NCBI GenBank assembly: GCA_964016885.1
Contig: OZ024742.1
Coordinates: 244,776,001-244,840,000 of the forward strand
Length of the DNA stretch: 64,000 nt
Reading direction: 5' to 3'
Origin: Eledone cirrhosa
Taxonomy: Eukaryota
Shown: piece by piece, positions 1 through 12,423 of the stretch
How the letters are laid out: every line of letters begins with the position of its first letter
Numbering within the stretch: position 1 is the stretch's first letter
The notes under the pieces: model-generated
Databases searched by the model: none
What the model was told of the DNA's origin: nothing
Seen by the model: the letters and a program-made list of their open reading frames with translations, nothing else
Program-made: the position numbers and the translations under genes

Positions 1-1112
1 TGGTAGAGGGAGGGGAGATGTGCTGCATGGGCAATTGCTGATTTCCCATAAAACCCTGCCCAGGCCTGCACCCTGGAGAGGTCACTCCAGCATCACCTCA
101 CAGTGGCGGCGAAACAAGGTTAGCAGCAATCTACTGGTTATAAGTCTGCACATGATTAGCATATGAACAAGGTGCCAGGGGCTGCTTTTGATGGAGGGAG
201 AAGTCATTGTGCCTCACTGGACAGCTACTGCCTTCCTCAAGTTGGGCAGCCCCCATTCAGTTAGATGCTGTCCCGCCACAGCCCAAGTGCTCCACTGGCT
301 GCATGTGGCTTAGGGGTATTAATATACTGAATCATGGGCTGTAAACACTGCACCAAGAAAATCAACTAAGAAGCAAATAAAAGAACAATGTAAGAAACCA
401 ACATTCAGAATTGGATGTTGGAATACACAGACCATGACTAACTGCAAACACCAAGATCGCTGTCTACAAGGTGTGTGTCCTCAGCATACTACTTTACGAC
501 AAGACATGGAGCCTCTACTCCAGAGAGGTATATTAAGTCTCAATGTCTTCCACCTTCATTGCCTGAGACACATTTTGGATATCAAGTGCCTTCAAGCATG
601 CCAAGATACCCAGCATATACACCCTGCTCAAACAGCATCATCTTCACAGGCTCGGTCAAGTATATTGAATGCCGGACAGAAGGATCCCAAAAGACCTACT
701 GTATGGGCAACAGGCCACCGGCACAAGAGCACAAACAGGATCTCATTTTTGTTTCAAAGACGTCTGCAGGAGGGATATGTAATCAATAGACCTCGACACC
801 CAGATTTGGGAGGTGGTTGCTAATGATCGCCCACAATGGTGACGAGTACTGTGCAAGGGGATGGAGTGAGGAAAGGAGAAACTGAAACTTGTCTCTGATG
901 AAAAGCGTGCTCGAAAAAAGAACAACACAGTAGCACCAGAGCAGAGCATCTACAAATGCAGTCTCTGTATACAGGACTGCCACTCCCGTGTGGGCCTGTA
1001 CTGCCACGATAGACACTGCACTACTGTTAGCAGCTAACACAAAATTCTCCAGACGCAGATCCATGGTCTTTTGAGATCGATGGATGCCAATAATAATAAT
1101 AATGATAATAAT
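1..1112 (+). mobile_element. Internally deleted RTE-clade LINE (5' UTR and start of the endonuclease fused to the post-RT 3' end)
   Basis: 404-439 reads FRIGCWNTQTMT (APE endonuclease N-terminal GxWNVxT motif). It is joined at ~439 to LTANTKIAVYKVCVLSILLY...FHLHCLRHILDIK (RTE C-terminal region). Ends GGATGCCAA followed by an (AAT)n tail. Confidence 0.75.
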
Positions 1113-1117
1113 GATAT

Positions 1118-1142
1118 TATATATATATATATATATATATAT
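1118..1142. repeat. (TA)n microsatellite
   Basis: Direct reading. Confidence 0.95.
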
Positions 1143-1147
1143 GTATA

Positions 1148-1642
1148 CTAGCCGAATTACCCGCGCCTTGCTGCGTTTCACACATTTTTTTTGTAAGAAA
1201 ATGATGATTGATTTTAAATCAGTGATATAATTTATGGAGAAAAACTCTGCATTTCAATATTACTCTGTAAAATTTAATGCATGAAAAATTGGAAAACATT
1301 ATTTTTTTGTAATATATCAAATCAAAATTACATTATTAAATCTTATTCTTATTTTGTTTCTTGTAAATAATTTTTTTCAAAATATCAATTCAAAACTTTT
1401 GTGAATAGGCATCATATCTTGTCATTTACCTATGGTTTAAATTTCATATAAATCAAAGGGAAAAATTTTCAGTGGGCGTTTGTGCTCCCAGGGAACCCTT
1501 TGATTAAAATGAAATAAACTTATCCAAGTACCCTGGCAATGTAATTTCAGAATATATATGGATATGGGAGTCTATCGCCAAAACCATAGGAGGAGTGTGT
1601 GAACAAACAAACTGACAGGAACTACAACTTTATATATATAGA
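1148..1642 (-). mobile_element. Non-autonomous Helitron-like element
   Basis: Minus strand runs TCTATATATA...GCTAG between A and T with no TSD. A GC-rich subterminal segment lies next to the CTAG end (1158-1176), and an ACAAAC repeat lies near the TC end. Confidence 0.65.
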
Positions 1643-1770
1643 TATATATTTATTAAAATAACAGATTAAAGTTCAAGCAAAGAATCACTGCTTTCACCCT
1701 TATCGAGCCCTCTTTGGATTTTAGTCTTCACATTTATTATTATTACTATATATAGATATATTTATATATA

Positions 1771-3043
1771 GAGGGTGCGGACGATGTTTGTTCGCAAGAA
1801 AAAATAACACAGTAGTTTTATTTTTTAAGATATATTTATCAAACATGGGTCAGTTTGTCTTCATGACTTGTTCTTTCGATCTCACTCGATAAACCCGCCA
1901 TTGGCTTTCATGGCGGCCTCAAGGCGGCCTCGGAACCGGCTACAGGCCTTCGTCACTGTCCCCCGACTTAGGCCCCTAAAGGCACTTGTGATCCTGGCCT
2001 TCAGATCGTCTTTCGTATTGCAGCTAGATCTGTTGGTGTCTCATTCCACTGCGCCCCACACAAAGAAGTCGAGGGGGTTGCAGTCAGGCGAGCTGGGAGG
2101 CCAGATGTCATGTGAAGTGTGGTCGACGAAGTTCTCTGACAGCCAGGCTTGGGTCTTTCGGCTGGTATGGCAGGGCGCTTAGTCTTGGTTCCACACGTAC
2201 GGCCTACTTGCAGCTACCTGGTTGATCTAATGTGGATGTAGCCATCAGTGTTCATCTTGAGGCCCTCAGGGAAGAAGTGAGGTGGCATGACGTCACCTTG
2301 ACTGCTGACGACACCTAAGACCAATGTTGTCGCTGGAAACTTTGTCTGCATGACTCTGAGCACGTCTTTGGATGAGACAGCGAGCCACCTGTTGTTCTGG
2401 GAGTTGATCTTCTGGTCTTGGCAGAAGTTTTTCTCGTCGGAGAAAAACCACAGCATGTCTGGCTCCAGTGGGTGTTTCAACTTGTTGATCAGCTTCTTTG
2501 CGTGCTTCAGTCGCTTTTCTTGCATCGCCTTTGACAGAAATTGTCCTTTCCTCATCTTGTATGAAACGTAGCGAATGTCTTCATGTACCACCAGCCTAAT
2601 GAGGTTTTCATCCACGCCTTTCTCCCTTGCAATGGCACGCATCGACTTGCTAGGTTCATTGTTGATGATATCCTCAACTTCAGCGACGAACTCGGGCGTT
2701 CTGAAGGCGTCAGATCGTCGATCATGTGTTTTCCTCTCTGATGTTGCTTCATAGTCGAATCCTGAATCTTCCAATTCCTTTCTGACCTTTTCCACCATTC
2801 TCCTGTTGACGCTGAGAAAGTCTGAAATTTCCTTATTTGTCCTCCCAGCGCGGATTCCAAGAAGAACTCCGTGTCTCTTCCACAAATTTGGAGGTTCAAA
2901 ATTATTCATAATCAATTATTCTGAAAATAAATAATGGAAATATAGTCACTGTTTTTATGAAGACAAGAGTGACAACGGAAGTAAGAAAAATTTGCATAAA
3001 ATTAGCAGTTGAAAATTGCGAAACAAATATCGTCCACACCCTG
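1771..3043 (-). mobile_element. Tc1/mariner DNA transposon, DD37D (maT) type, full length (1273 bp)
   Basis: ~28-bp imperfect TIRs (GAGGGTGCGGACGATGTTTGTTCGCAA at left, TTGCGAAACAAATATCGTCCACACCCTG at right), TA flanks and an internal transposase. Confidence 0.93.
1882..2915 (-). pseudogene. DD37D transposase pseudogene
   Basis: 233-aa ORF with HTH-like N-terminus and FFSDEKNF. After a deletion/frameshift near 2222 it continues YVWNQD*APCH...WPPSSPDCNPLDFFVWG...ANGGFIE*, with 37 residues between the 2nd and 3rd catalytic D and two in-frame stops. Confidence 0.9.
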
Positions 3044-3159
3044 TATATATAGTCCAAAATGTTAAGACCCTCTTCCTGCTATTTCAAGTGTTAAACTAAT
3101 ATATTCCTTCCATATACTGTACCGTTTGTGTTCTTATTTCTGTTTACCTTTTACATGTA

Positions 3160-4208
3160 TATATGTAGGAAATGTGTAGGTAGAAATTCCATTCTCTGCC
3201 CCAAATGCAAACTATGGGTACACAAGATATGTAGTGGGATTTCAGGAAATTTAGTTAAGAATGTAGGCTTTCCATGTAACAGTTGCACAACGACAGTAAG
3301 TAGCAAATGACCATAGGAAACAAGCACTACCAAATTCTGAGAGGGCTCAGTAGAAACAGTAGACAGCTTCTGTTACCTGGGTGACTGAATCAGCGGTGGA
3401 GGTGGGTGTTCTGAAAGTATAGTAGTTAGAGTAAGAACAGGATTGAAGAAGTTCAGGGAGCTACTACCACTGTTAGCTACAAAAGGCTTTTCTCTCAATG
3501 AAAGGTAGACTGTATGATGCATGCATATGAATGACAATGTTGCGTGGTAGTGAGATCTGTGTGCAGAAGACTTCCTGACATTGGAAAGAAATGAAACTTG
3601 CATGCTCTGATGGATGTGTAATAGTAATATACATGAACGGTAAAGCATAAATGATCTGAGAGAAAAACTAGGCATAAGAGGAATCAAATGCTATATGCAG
3701 AAGGAGATTACATTGGTATGGACATGTGTTGCATATGAAGTATGACAACTGTATAAAAAGGTGCAGAGCACGCAAAGTCGATGGAAGCCTTGGAGTGGAG
3801 AGACCCAGGAAGATTTGGGATGACATGATAAAAGCTGACCTTGCCCAATTGCACCTCTCAAAGGCGATGACACAAGACTGAGATCTCTGGCATTACGCAG
3901 TAATACTGTTGACCTGACTTCCCACAAGCACAGGTCGAAGCTTAAGCACATGCACAGTATACCTCCCTCCCCACACACACTCCCACCTCCACCCCTGTAA
4001 AGTGATTGTGTAGGTGTCATGACAAAAAGCACCCAGTACTCACTGTAAATGAGGTTGACATTAGGAAGGGCATCCAGCTATAGAAACCGAGCCAAAATCA
4101 GTTCTGTATGAACAAGACATGGTCACCTGACCTAGCATTGCTCACAACAGGACAACTTGTCTAACCCATGCTAGCATGGAAAAATGGACGTAAAATGGTG
4201 ATGATGAT
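3160..4208 (+). mobile_element. RTE-clade LINE 3' fragment with Cys-rich (PHD-like) segment and (GAT)n tail
   Basis: CRKCVGRNSILCPKCKLWVHKICSGI...FPCNSC, then VETVDSFCYLGD...GGGCSESIVVRVRTG.KKFRELLPLL. The 3' UTR TTAGGAAGGGCATCCAGC...CCATGCTAGCATGGAAAA...GATGATGAT also recurs at ~7780-8100, 18865-19110(-), 19355-19550, 24775-24960(-) and 32055-32250(-). Confidence 0.8.
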
Positions 4209-4505
4209 ATATATATTGTTATATTTGGGGAGAGTTATGTTGTTATATAATATTGCCAGAAATATATAGTAAAACACATTCACTGTTTGGTTTGGGTTGG
4301 TTTTCGCTTCAGTATATTTTATATTTCTATAATTAATTCAGCTGGCAATCAATGTTTATCATTGATTGACCAACAGTTAAAAATTTAGATATAAATATAG
4401 TTTCCCAGAGTTCTTTCCTCACACACCTCTGACATCATCAGTATGTTATTATGTTTCCTCCTGTTGTATTGCTGTAATCTTTTCTTATTCTATTTTATTT
4501 ATTTA

Positions 4506-5670
4506 CTAGCAGTGTATCCCGGCATTGCATGAGTAAGAACATTGGTAATAGCACCTCCAATGAGAAACGTTTATTTGTGAGTGCCTGTTAAAAACTCACG
4601 AAAATATACCGACAGGAAACTTGTTTTATTTGGAGAAAATTAAGAAGTTGAAAGTACAGTTTAGCTATCTACGTGCATTATTCATAGAAATATTGTTGAA
4701 CCCCTTTTTTTCATACTCCTCTGTTTTGGCCTTTTGGAGTAAATGTGAAAGAGAAAGTCACAGGTTAAGTTGGCAGAAGGTTCCAGTGCCATAGTAGTAA
4801 GGCGTAGGCTACTTACCTCAAAAGTTCATTCACACTCTTTCCACTAAGTTACTCTTTCTATCTATCCCTCTCGGTGCAGTCCTTTGAGAATTTCTTGCAT
4901 AGGCCTGGTGTAGATTTGCACCCGATCCATCTACCCGATGCACATGTCCGCTTTGTACGGCTTTTGGAGGAAGGAGTAACCAGCAGCACGTTGTTCGGTA
5001 TTATTATGACAAGGTGTAGCAGAGAATCCCGCGTGAACTAACAGCTCGGGAGGAAACTGCTTACCTCGAAGATTCATTTGCCTTCGTTCTTGTCAATGCT
5101 CCGTTTAGTTGGTATTTGTTGGTCTACAGTTAGATGAATGGCGCACAAAGGGTTAATGTTTATTGGCAAGAAGTACAACTGGGCTGGCTTGTCTCGCTTA
5201 TATTATATATTAAAATAACAGATTGAAGTTTAAGTAAAGAATCGCTACTTTCACCCTTAACGGGATCTTCTGAAACTAAAAAAATCAATCTGTGAACCCA
5301 GAAGTAAATATTTCGAAAAATGTTGCAACTGAAGGAAAACAGGAAGATGCTACTTTGGTTCGTGAAGACGTTCCCTGGCAATGAACGGAAAATAGTGAAC
5401 ATAATACGTCATCAATGTTTGTCAGAATGTCGTAATGCAGACAGCCAGGCATACAGACAGATATTATAAGGGCGCGATGGAGATGGATAACCGGCGCCTA
5501 ACACCCTTTTAACAATAGAAAATTGTGAAAAATAAAAGCTGCAGTTAATATCTTTAGACCGCAAGGAATATATAAATGCGAGTCTGAAGTCAATCGAAGT
5601 AGAAATATGGATTTGTATAGACTTTGCAAAAATGAGGACACACACACACAGTTTTATATATATGTATTGA
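4506..5670 (-). mobile_element. Non-autonomous Helitron, copy 1 (~1.17 kb)
   Basis: A|CTAGCAGTGTATCCCGGC...TATGTATTGA|T; minus-strand TC...CTAG termini, no TSD. Near-identical copy at 26803-27975. Confidence 0.85.
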
Positions 5671-5784
5671 TTGTTGTCTCTGTTTGCACTTGCATTTGAG
5701 TGTGTGTTTTCTGTTTGGTGTGTGTTTGTGTCTGAGTCTGTGTGTTTGTATTCTACCTTTGGTCACCTGCACGACCACTTTGCA

Positions 5785-5785
<1 letters not shown>

Positions 5786-5834
<49 letters not shown>
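5786..5834. repeat. (TA)n microsatellite
   Basis: Direct reading. Confidence 0.95.
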
Positions 5835-6238
5835 GTGTCTGCCTGTATGTGAACAATTTGACAACCACCCCAGTGCTGATGATCTTCATGATAAATGCAC
5901 CCATGCCTATGTTTTTGAAACAAACATCAGCCTTCTGAAGTTCAAGTTTAAACATCTACCATATCAAATTAAACTGTTTGGGTGTCTCTGAGTACTGTTC
6001 CTTTTTCATGGCTAAATAATTAATAGTTAGACTAACAGATAACTAATAGAGAGCAGAACAATGAAGGAAAAGTTTATGAGTTGTTGAGATGATTAATTGG
6101 AGGTCAGGTGACATGATTAGTAATATAGATGGAGCTTAATGGCTAGTATATTGGAATGACAAATTATCAGGGACAAAGAGTTTCTCTCTTCAAATACCAA
6201 CAGATTATTTGATTCCAGCATTATAAGGTTGAAACTTA

Positions 6239-6742
6239 CAGTATATACGTGAATATAAGCCAATGCAAATATAAGCTGACTCTCTATTTTGTTTGAGAAA
6301 TAGGCAAAAATCCAAACCCTGTTTATAAGCCGAGGCAGCTTTTGTTATGTTTGCATGGTGCAGTTTTGAAATTCTCACGAGTGGAGAATATATTTATGAA
6401 GTCTTAAAATTTTGATATTTAAAATGCTTTAAGTGTGATTTAGAGTGTAGTTTTTGTTTCACATCTCCATTACATAATGATTTTTTTACCAACTTCCAAT
6501 CACTTTGAAGACCATATTCATTAAAAACATATGAAAAGAATGATAGGAAATATGAATTTCATGTTGAAAGTGAATATCCACTTCTAAAGTTAAAATATTT
6601 TAACACCTCATTTAGATAGAATTGGTGAAAATTGGCAAAATATTGACCTCAAATATAAGTTCCTTCCCACATTTTACCACCGATTTTTTTTTCTTTTTTT
6701 AATTCATCACATATTTCTCAGCTTATATACAAGTATATATGG
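6239..6742. mobile_element. pogo/Tigger-type MITE
   Basis: TA|CAGTATATACGTGAATATAAGC...GCTTATATACAAGTATATATGG|TA; imperfect TIRs with TA TSD. Confidence 0.65.
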
Positions 6743-8289
6743 TAATTGCTGGAAGCCCAAGTAATACGGGTTTTTTTCTATGGGTTGTTGACTATTTGAG
6801 AGACATGACAGCATTTGATTTGATAAAGACAGATTGGATGACGTATGTAAAAGACATTACTATACTGAGATGAACATGTGAATAGATGCCGAATGAAAAA
6901 GACATTCTTCTAGATTATAGTAAAGGGTATTTGGGCTAAAATTATGCTAAAGAATATGTTACTTGCGAAAACAGACATTAAATGATGATGATGATGATAC
7001 ACAGACCTGAAACTTCATAGAAGAGGTAATATATTATTAAAATGTATGAAAAATGTAATATTCTAAACAAACAATCTATTTCAATATTGAAATACAAACA
7101 TTAAAGTGATGGTGGTGATGGTGGTGGTAGGTACAGTGCTGCTGCTGCTGATCAGCCATCTCAAATAAACTAATATTTTATGTGAATGATAAAGTAATAT
7201 ATCAGTTCTAATTGTACACCTAAAAATGTCAGCAAGTTAGAAAAAGTTTGGATTATAAAGCATTACAGTTTATTTCATTTGCTACTGAATATTTCAATAA
7301 AAAAAAAAAAAGAAAAAGAATGTATATACATCTACAAGCTCTATATTTCTGCATTCTGTATTTTTGCCATGACTACTACATTGTTGTTTTATGTTGTGAT
7401 GACATGACATGAAGACAAGAGAAGAACAAACCTATAGCCTAAGGGGTGTAGTTGAAGGAATGTTCCACTTGTATTGTGACATGCCAAAAATATCTCTTCC
7501 ATTAATGGAATATTTTAACGTCATGACAGTTGAACAAGAGATAACAAACAGATTGACTGACAACTATATTTTCTTCGTCTATGACGATGGAGAATTGCAT
7601 AGTTAGAATTGTTTCATCTGCATCATAATTTTCTACTTTTACATATCTGATTAATAAATTCTTTAAAAAAAGGTATGTCTGATTAGAAATATGCTAATTT
7701 CTTTTCTTTCATATATGTTGTTTTAATACTTACCCAGATATAAAAATCAATAGGTTTATATAGTATATATTTGTCATGTAGGCACCATGGTAAAAAAAGC
7801 ATATATACAGTATGCCCCAACCCACCCTCCTATACACCCCAGGTCGAAGTAAATGCATCCACTGAAGCCCCCAGCCCACACTGTAAAGTGGTTGTGATGG
7901 TGACATGACAAAAAGCACCCAATACTCACTGTAAATGAGGTTGGTGTTAGGAAAGACATCCAGCTGTAGAAATCAAGCCCAAACCAGTTCAGTATGTGCA
8001 AGACATGGTCACCTGATCTAGCATTGCCCACAACAGGACAACTTGTCTAACCCATGCTAGCGTGGAAGAATGGACGTAAAACGGTGATGATGGTGATGAT
8101 GTACATGTTTATAGAGTGTTAAAGAAATATAATGAAATCTTGGTGTCAACTAATAGAGCATAACCGTAATGTGTAAGATTATGCTGCATCAGCTGACTTC
8201 ACAATTAAGTTTTATTTATTTATATTCTGATCAGTTTTATGTCCATTTTTTTCCATGGTGGTATGGGTTCAATAAATATTGGAACCCCT

Positions 8290-8520
8290 CCAGGTTTTCT
8301 GTGGCATTAAGTGATTGAGAGTACAAAATTCAACCTTGAACAGGATGCATGTCTGTTGCAAAGTTAACCCCAGCTACTAATTTTCGGAGGAGTGGACTGG
8401 AGTTGCATGAAATGAAGTGTCTTGCTCCAGAACACAACATGCCAATGGGTCCAAGGATTGATGCCATGACCACGTCATTGATTGTGTGGTCAATACCTTA
8501 CTAGTAGGTCATGTACCATC
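8290..8520 (-). mobile_element. CORE-type SINE, degenerate
   Basis: GAAGTGTCTTGCTCCAGAACACAAC resembles the reverse complement of the CORE domain. Similar remnants at ~25495-25800(+) and 31985-32050(+). Confidence 0.5.
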
Positions 8521-8579
8521 TTTGGCATTCTATGATAAATAAAGGTTTATAATTTATATTATGAGTAAGCAAGTTGAAG

Positions 8580-10468
8580 TTTCTTCTTCTTCTCCCACTT
8601 ATTACTGGCAGAGACCTCAAACACTCCTTCCAGTGGATCCTGTCAAAAAGAGCAACTGCCTCCTACTGATCTGGCTTGATTCTCAACTGAGACCAGCCAA
8701 GCTCATGGATGTTATCCAACCATCTTACTCAGGGTCTACCCTTGGGCCTCCTGCGGCTGGTTTTGCCCATAAAATATGTCTCGCGATTTTTTTCCTGAAA
8801 CATTCTAACCACATACCCATACTATTGGAGCTGTGATCTCCCAGTTTGGAGAAGTAGCAGCTCTACCTGGAGTGATTCTCTGATCTTAAAGTTATGCGCT
8901 CTATCAAGTAACATTACTCCAAAAATCCTTCAGAGGAATCCCATTTCAGCTACCTTTATTTGCAATTGTATTCTTTACTGCACCATTTCCTGCAATTCTT
9001 GCACTTAATTCAGCCTTCTGTATTCCATCACTTGTGAACATAGCCCCAAGTTACTTGAACTTCTCTATCTGCTTCAGTAGAATTCCACTCAGTCACCACA
9101 GCATTGATTTTCATTTCAGGCGTGCAGCACTCAGCATCAAACCTATCAAGTGCATGTTGGAGATCACCTTCTGATAAGTTAAGTAATACAATGTCGTCTG
9201 CAGATTTCAGCCAACTGGTCCTACACCCACCAGTTGTAATACCACTTCTTGTATGGCTGCACCTGTCCACCCTGTTCATGAAAATTATGAATAGGAGAGG
9301 TAACAGTGCTCACCCATGGCGAGGTCTAATACTCACATTGAAAGGTTTCAATGTGGCACTATTCATCCAAACACAAAAACCAGGGCATTTGTATAGAGAC
9401 GAGGCAACAAGAAGCTGACCGTCGATCCCATACTCCTGGAGAACCTTCCATAGTAAGTTCCAGGGAATGCAGTTGTATGCTTTTTTGAGGTCTACAAAGC
9501 AAGAATACACCTCTTGACAGTACTCACATGATTTTTCAAAGACCTGCCACAGGGAGAATATTTAGTTGGCTGTGCTGCATCCAGAGTGAAAACCACACTG
9601 TTTATCAGCTAGACTCGACAATCTCCCTCGTCTCTTTACTAGACACAGCTTAGATTTAATGAAAGAGGCTTAACAAGGAGATCCCTCTATAATTGGAGCA
9701 ATCTCTCTTGTCTCCCTTTTTGAAATTTGACATTATCGCTCCCAATTGCTATTGCTTAGGTGCCTTTCCAGAGATTCAGGTCACTTGACTCACAAGAGTC
9801 AGCCAGAGAATACCTTCTCTACTTAAGGCTTTTAACATCTTGAGCCAGTTTTCATCTTCCCCACTGGCTTTACCACATTCAAGCCCTTTAATTGCTCTTG
9901 TGACCTCAGCCTCTGAAAGATTACTCACCGCTCCCAAATACACCTTGTGTACATCAGAAGATGCTGTTGTGATCGGGTTTAGGAGATCAGGAAAGTATTC
10001 TATCTATTTTGCGAGGATGTATCTCTCTGTAGAGAGAAGAACCTCTGATGCATTCCTGATAGAAGATGTGGAGGAGGATTTCTTATTACAAAGTCGGCAA
10101 ATGATCTGCCAGAACATTTTATTTGCTGATCTGAAATCAGATTCAAGCTTAACCTCAAAGTCCTCCCCTGTCTTAACTTTGGATGCCTTTGCTCTCTCTG
10201 CTGCAACTTTTCGTGCTTGCTTGTACCGCAAATGCAAGAAGGAGGACTTGTTTCTAAACCAAGCTTTGTAGTCTTCCTTCTTTCCTCAGATGGCATCTTT
10301 GACCTCATGATTGAACCAAGGTCCTCTTGCCACACCAAGCCTCTTTCTCCCACAACATTTAACAGCTGAAGCAGCAACTGCCGAGCTGCACAATCTCCAC
10401 TCTATTTCAACGTCGTCAGTTTGCTTAGCGAGTTCTCTGAATTTGGATGCAGTGTTATCTGCATACCT
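8580..10468 (-). mobile_element. RTE LINE family A, 5'-truncated, degenerate
   Basis: Minus-strand YSCFVDLKKAYNCIPWNLLWKVLQEYGIDG and SADDIVLL...GMKIN-type RT motifs, with a (GAA)n tail at 8580. Same family as 35029-38304. Confidence 0.9.
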
Positions 10469-12250
10469 CTTTCATTTTTAAAAATAAATATTTTCATAAA
10501 AGTCATTGGTTGAGTGAGGATGAGTTTTGTGTTTATGTGAAAATTTGTGTTCAAATATAAAGTTATTTCTCATTGGCAATGTTAAATCATTAATAATATT
10601 TATGAAAGAATATTTGTTTTCTGTTTCTATTTTTAATCAGTTAATTTAGCTTTTATTTCCTTTATAATCACTGACAGATTCTGTTTCAAAGATTTGATCT
10701 TCTCTTCAGTGCAATGTTGTTTCAGGTTAAGGAAATAAATAAATATTTGAAAGAATTTATTCTTATTTTTCTAACACCAACCACTTTAAAAAGTGCATTG
10801 GGCAAATTTTATCTTGGCACCAGCACTAGAGAGGTTATTATACCCTCAGGAGGTCCTCTTGAAACTAAGTTGTCTCCATTCTTTTGTCAACCACTTCACA
10901 GAGTGCACTGAGTGCATTTTATTGGGGTACCAGTCCTAATGAGGTTGTCCCGAATCTCTCAAGTCCAAAGAGTACTCACTACTCAAAAATATTCCCATTC
11001 ATTCAAGATGTGTGACCAAAAGAGTGAATATGAGAGAGAAATAACAGAAGATCTTGAGTGAATGGGTAAACAGAGTGTTTGATATAAGAGGGTGGCTGAT
11101 GAGGTTTAATGAAAGAGAAAGACAGTGCTGGAAGGAAGTAATGGGGGAAAAACAGTATTGCCAGGGAGTAATGGAAGAAGGGAGTGAGAAAAACTGTCAT
11201 CAAAGAAGGAGTAATGGAAGAGAGATGGATGTCAATAAGAAGTAGCCTGAGGGAATGGGAGTGATGGTTGGCAGCACAGAAAGGATGATGATAGAATGTA
11301 TCAAATATAAATAGAGCTGATGTAATCCTTGATACTTAACTGTCATGATGAGAGGAAAAAGTAAAGTGATAAGGTTGGTGATAGGAGGGGAGTTGAATAC
11401 AGACAGGTCTAATGACATTCCTTGTTTTATGGGAAGTAGGGTTCAATGAATAGTAGAGTTGGTGAATATCAGAGAAATTAGAGGGTTGGGCAGAGCCAAT
11501 GCCATCCCTAGTAATATGGTTGGTATGGTGCAGGGAATAGGTGAGGGGGTGGGGTGGGTGATATCGAGAATGTTAGTGATACAAGAATATCAAAGAGGTG
11601 AGGAAAGCTGATGGAGACTTAAAACTGACCCAAATGTATATATATATTATATATATATATATATACACCTCTCAGCCTCTGTTACCTCTACCATTTTAAT
11701 ATTTGATTCACCATGCCTTGGTCATTTGTTATTTCTTTTGTGAGACTCAGTCGCTACTATTTCATTTCATATCTGCTTGGGCTTCTCAGGTTTCTACTGG
11801 TTTCATTCACTTTGAGTGCTCTGTACTTCTTTATACATCAATATTCTCATCATCACTTTTCCAGACATACAATGTAAGATCCAGAAAATTGTCACCTTTC
11901 ACTCAAACATTTAATGCTCTAGGTATTTGTGTAGAATTCAGCTTTTGTTATGATTTTTACACTATACTAACAACATAATCTATAAAATTGTTGAACTAGC
12001 AATAGCTCAAAACATTTATAACAACTAGATTTTTATTCCAAACAACTCTAATAATATATTTGTGTAACTACACATTCTAATCATAATGCTTAGGTTAGAA
12101 TATTCAACAAGTATGAGCTAAAATGTCAGATAGCATAATGATTCATTCTTGAATCAATCTAATACTCTAGAATTCACCAATGTGAACAGGGTCTTTCATC
12201 CTTCAGGGTTGATTGATGAGTTATATGTACTTTGAAAGGGTAGTGGACAG

Positions 12251-12423
12251 CTATGCTGGATTTACCATTGTGCTTAGGTGTACTTAAGCATATAGCCCCA
12301 TTGGCCCCGAAGTGGGGTGGGGGGCATCTTCCTGCCCCAAATTTTTTATGATGAATTTTTCAAATGTTTAGGACCTCATAACTTAACTAACACAGGGCCT
12401 CATTTGTCCTAAATCCGGCACTG
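12251..12423. mobile_element. hAT-type MITE
   Basis: Right TIR TAAATCCGGCACTG and degenerate left TIR CTATGCTGGATTTA; 8-bp TSD GTGGACAG/GCAGACAG. Confidence 0.6.

Noticed and set aside
5030-5160. Helitron helicase C-terminal remnant inside the 1.17-kb element
   Set aside because: Similarity to the QFP...INKSQG motif is too weak to support.
5590-5991. ORFs with YIYIYI runs (also 783-1181, 29882-30147) and the SLSLSL ORF at 17913-18101
   Set aside because: Microsatellite translation artefacts.
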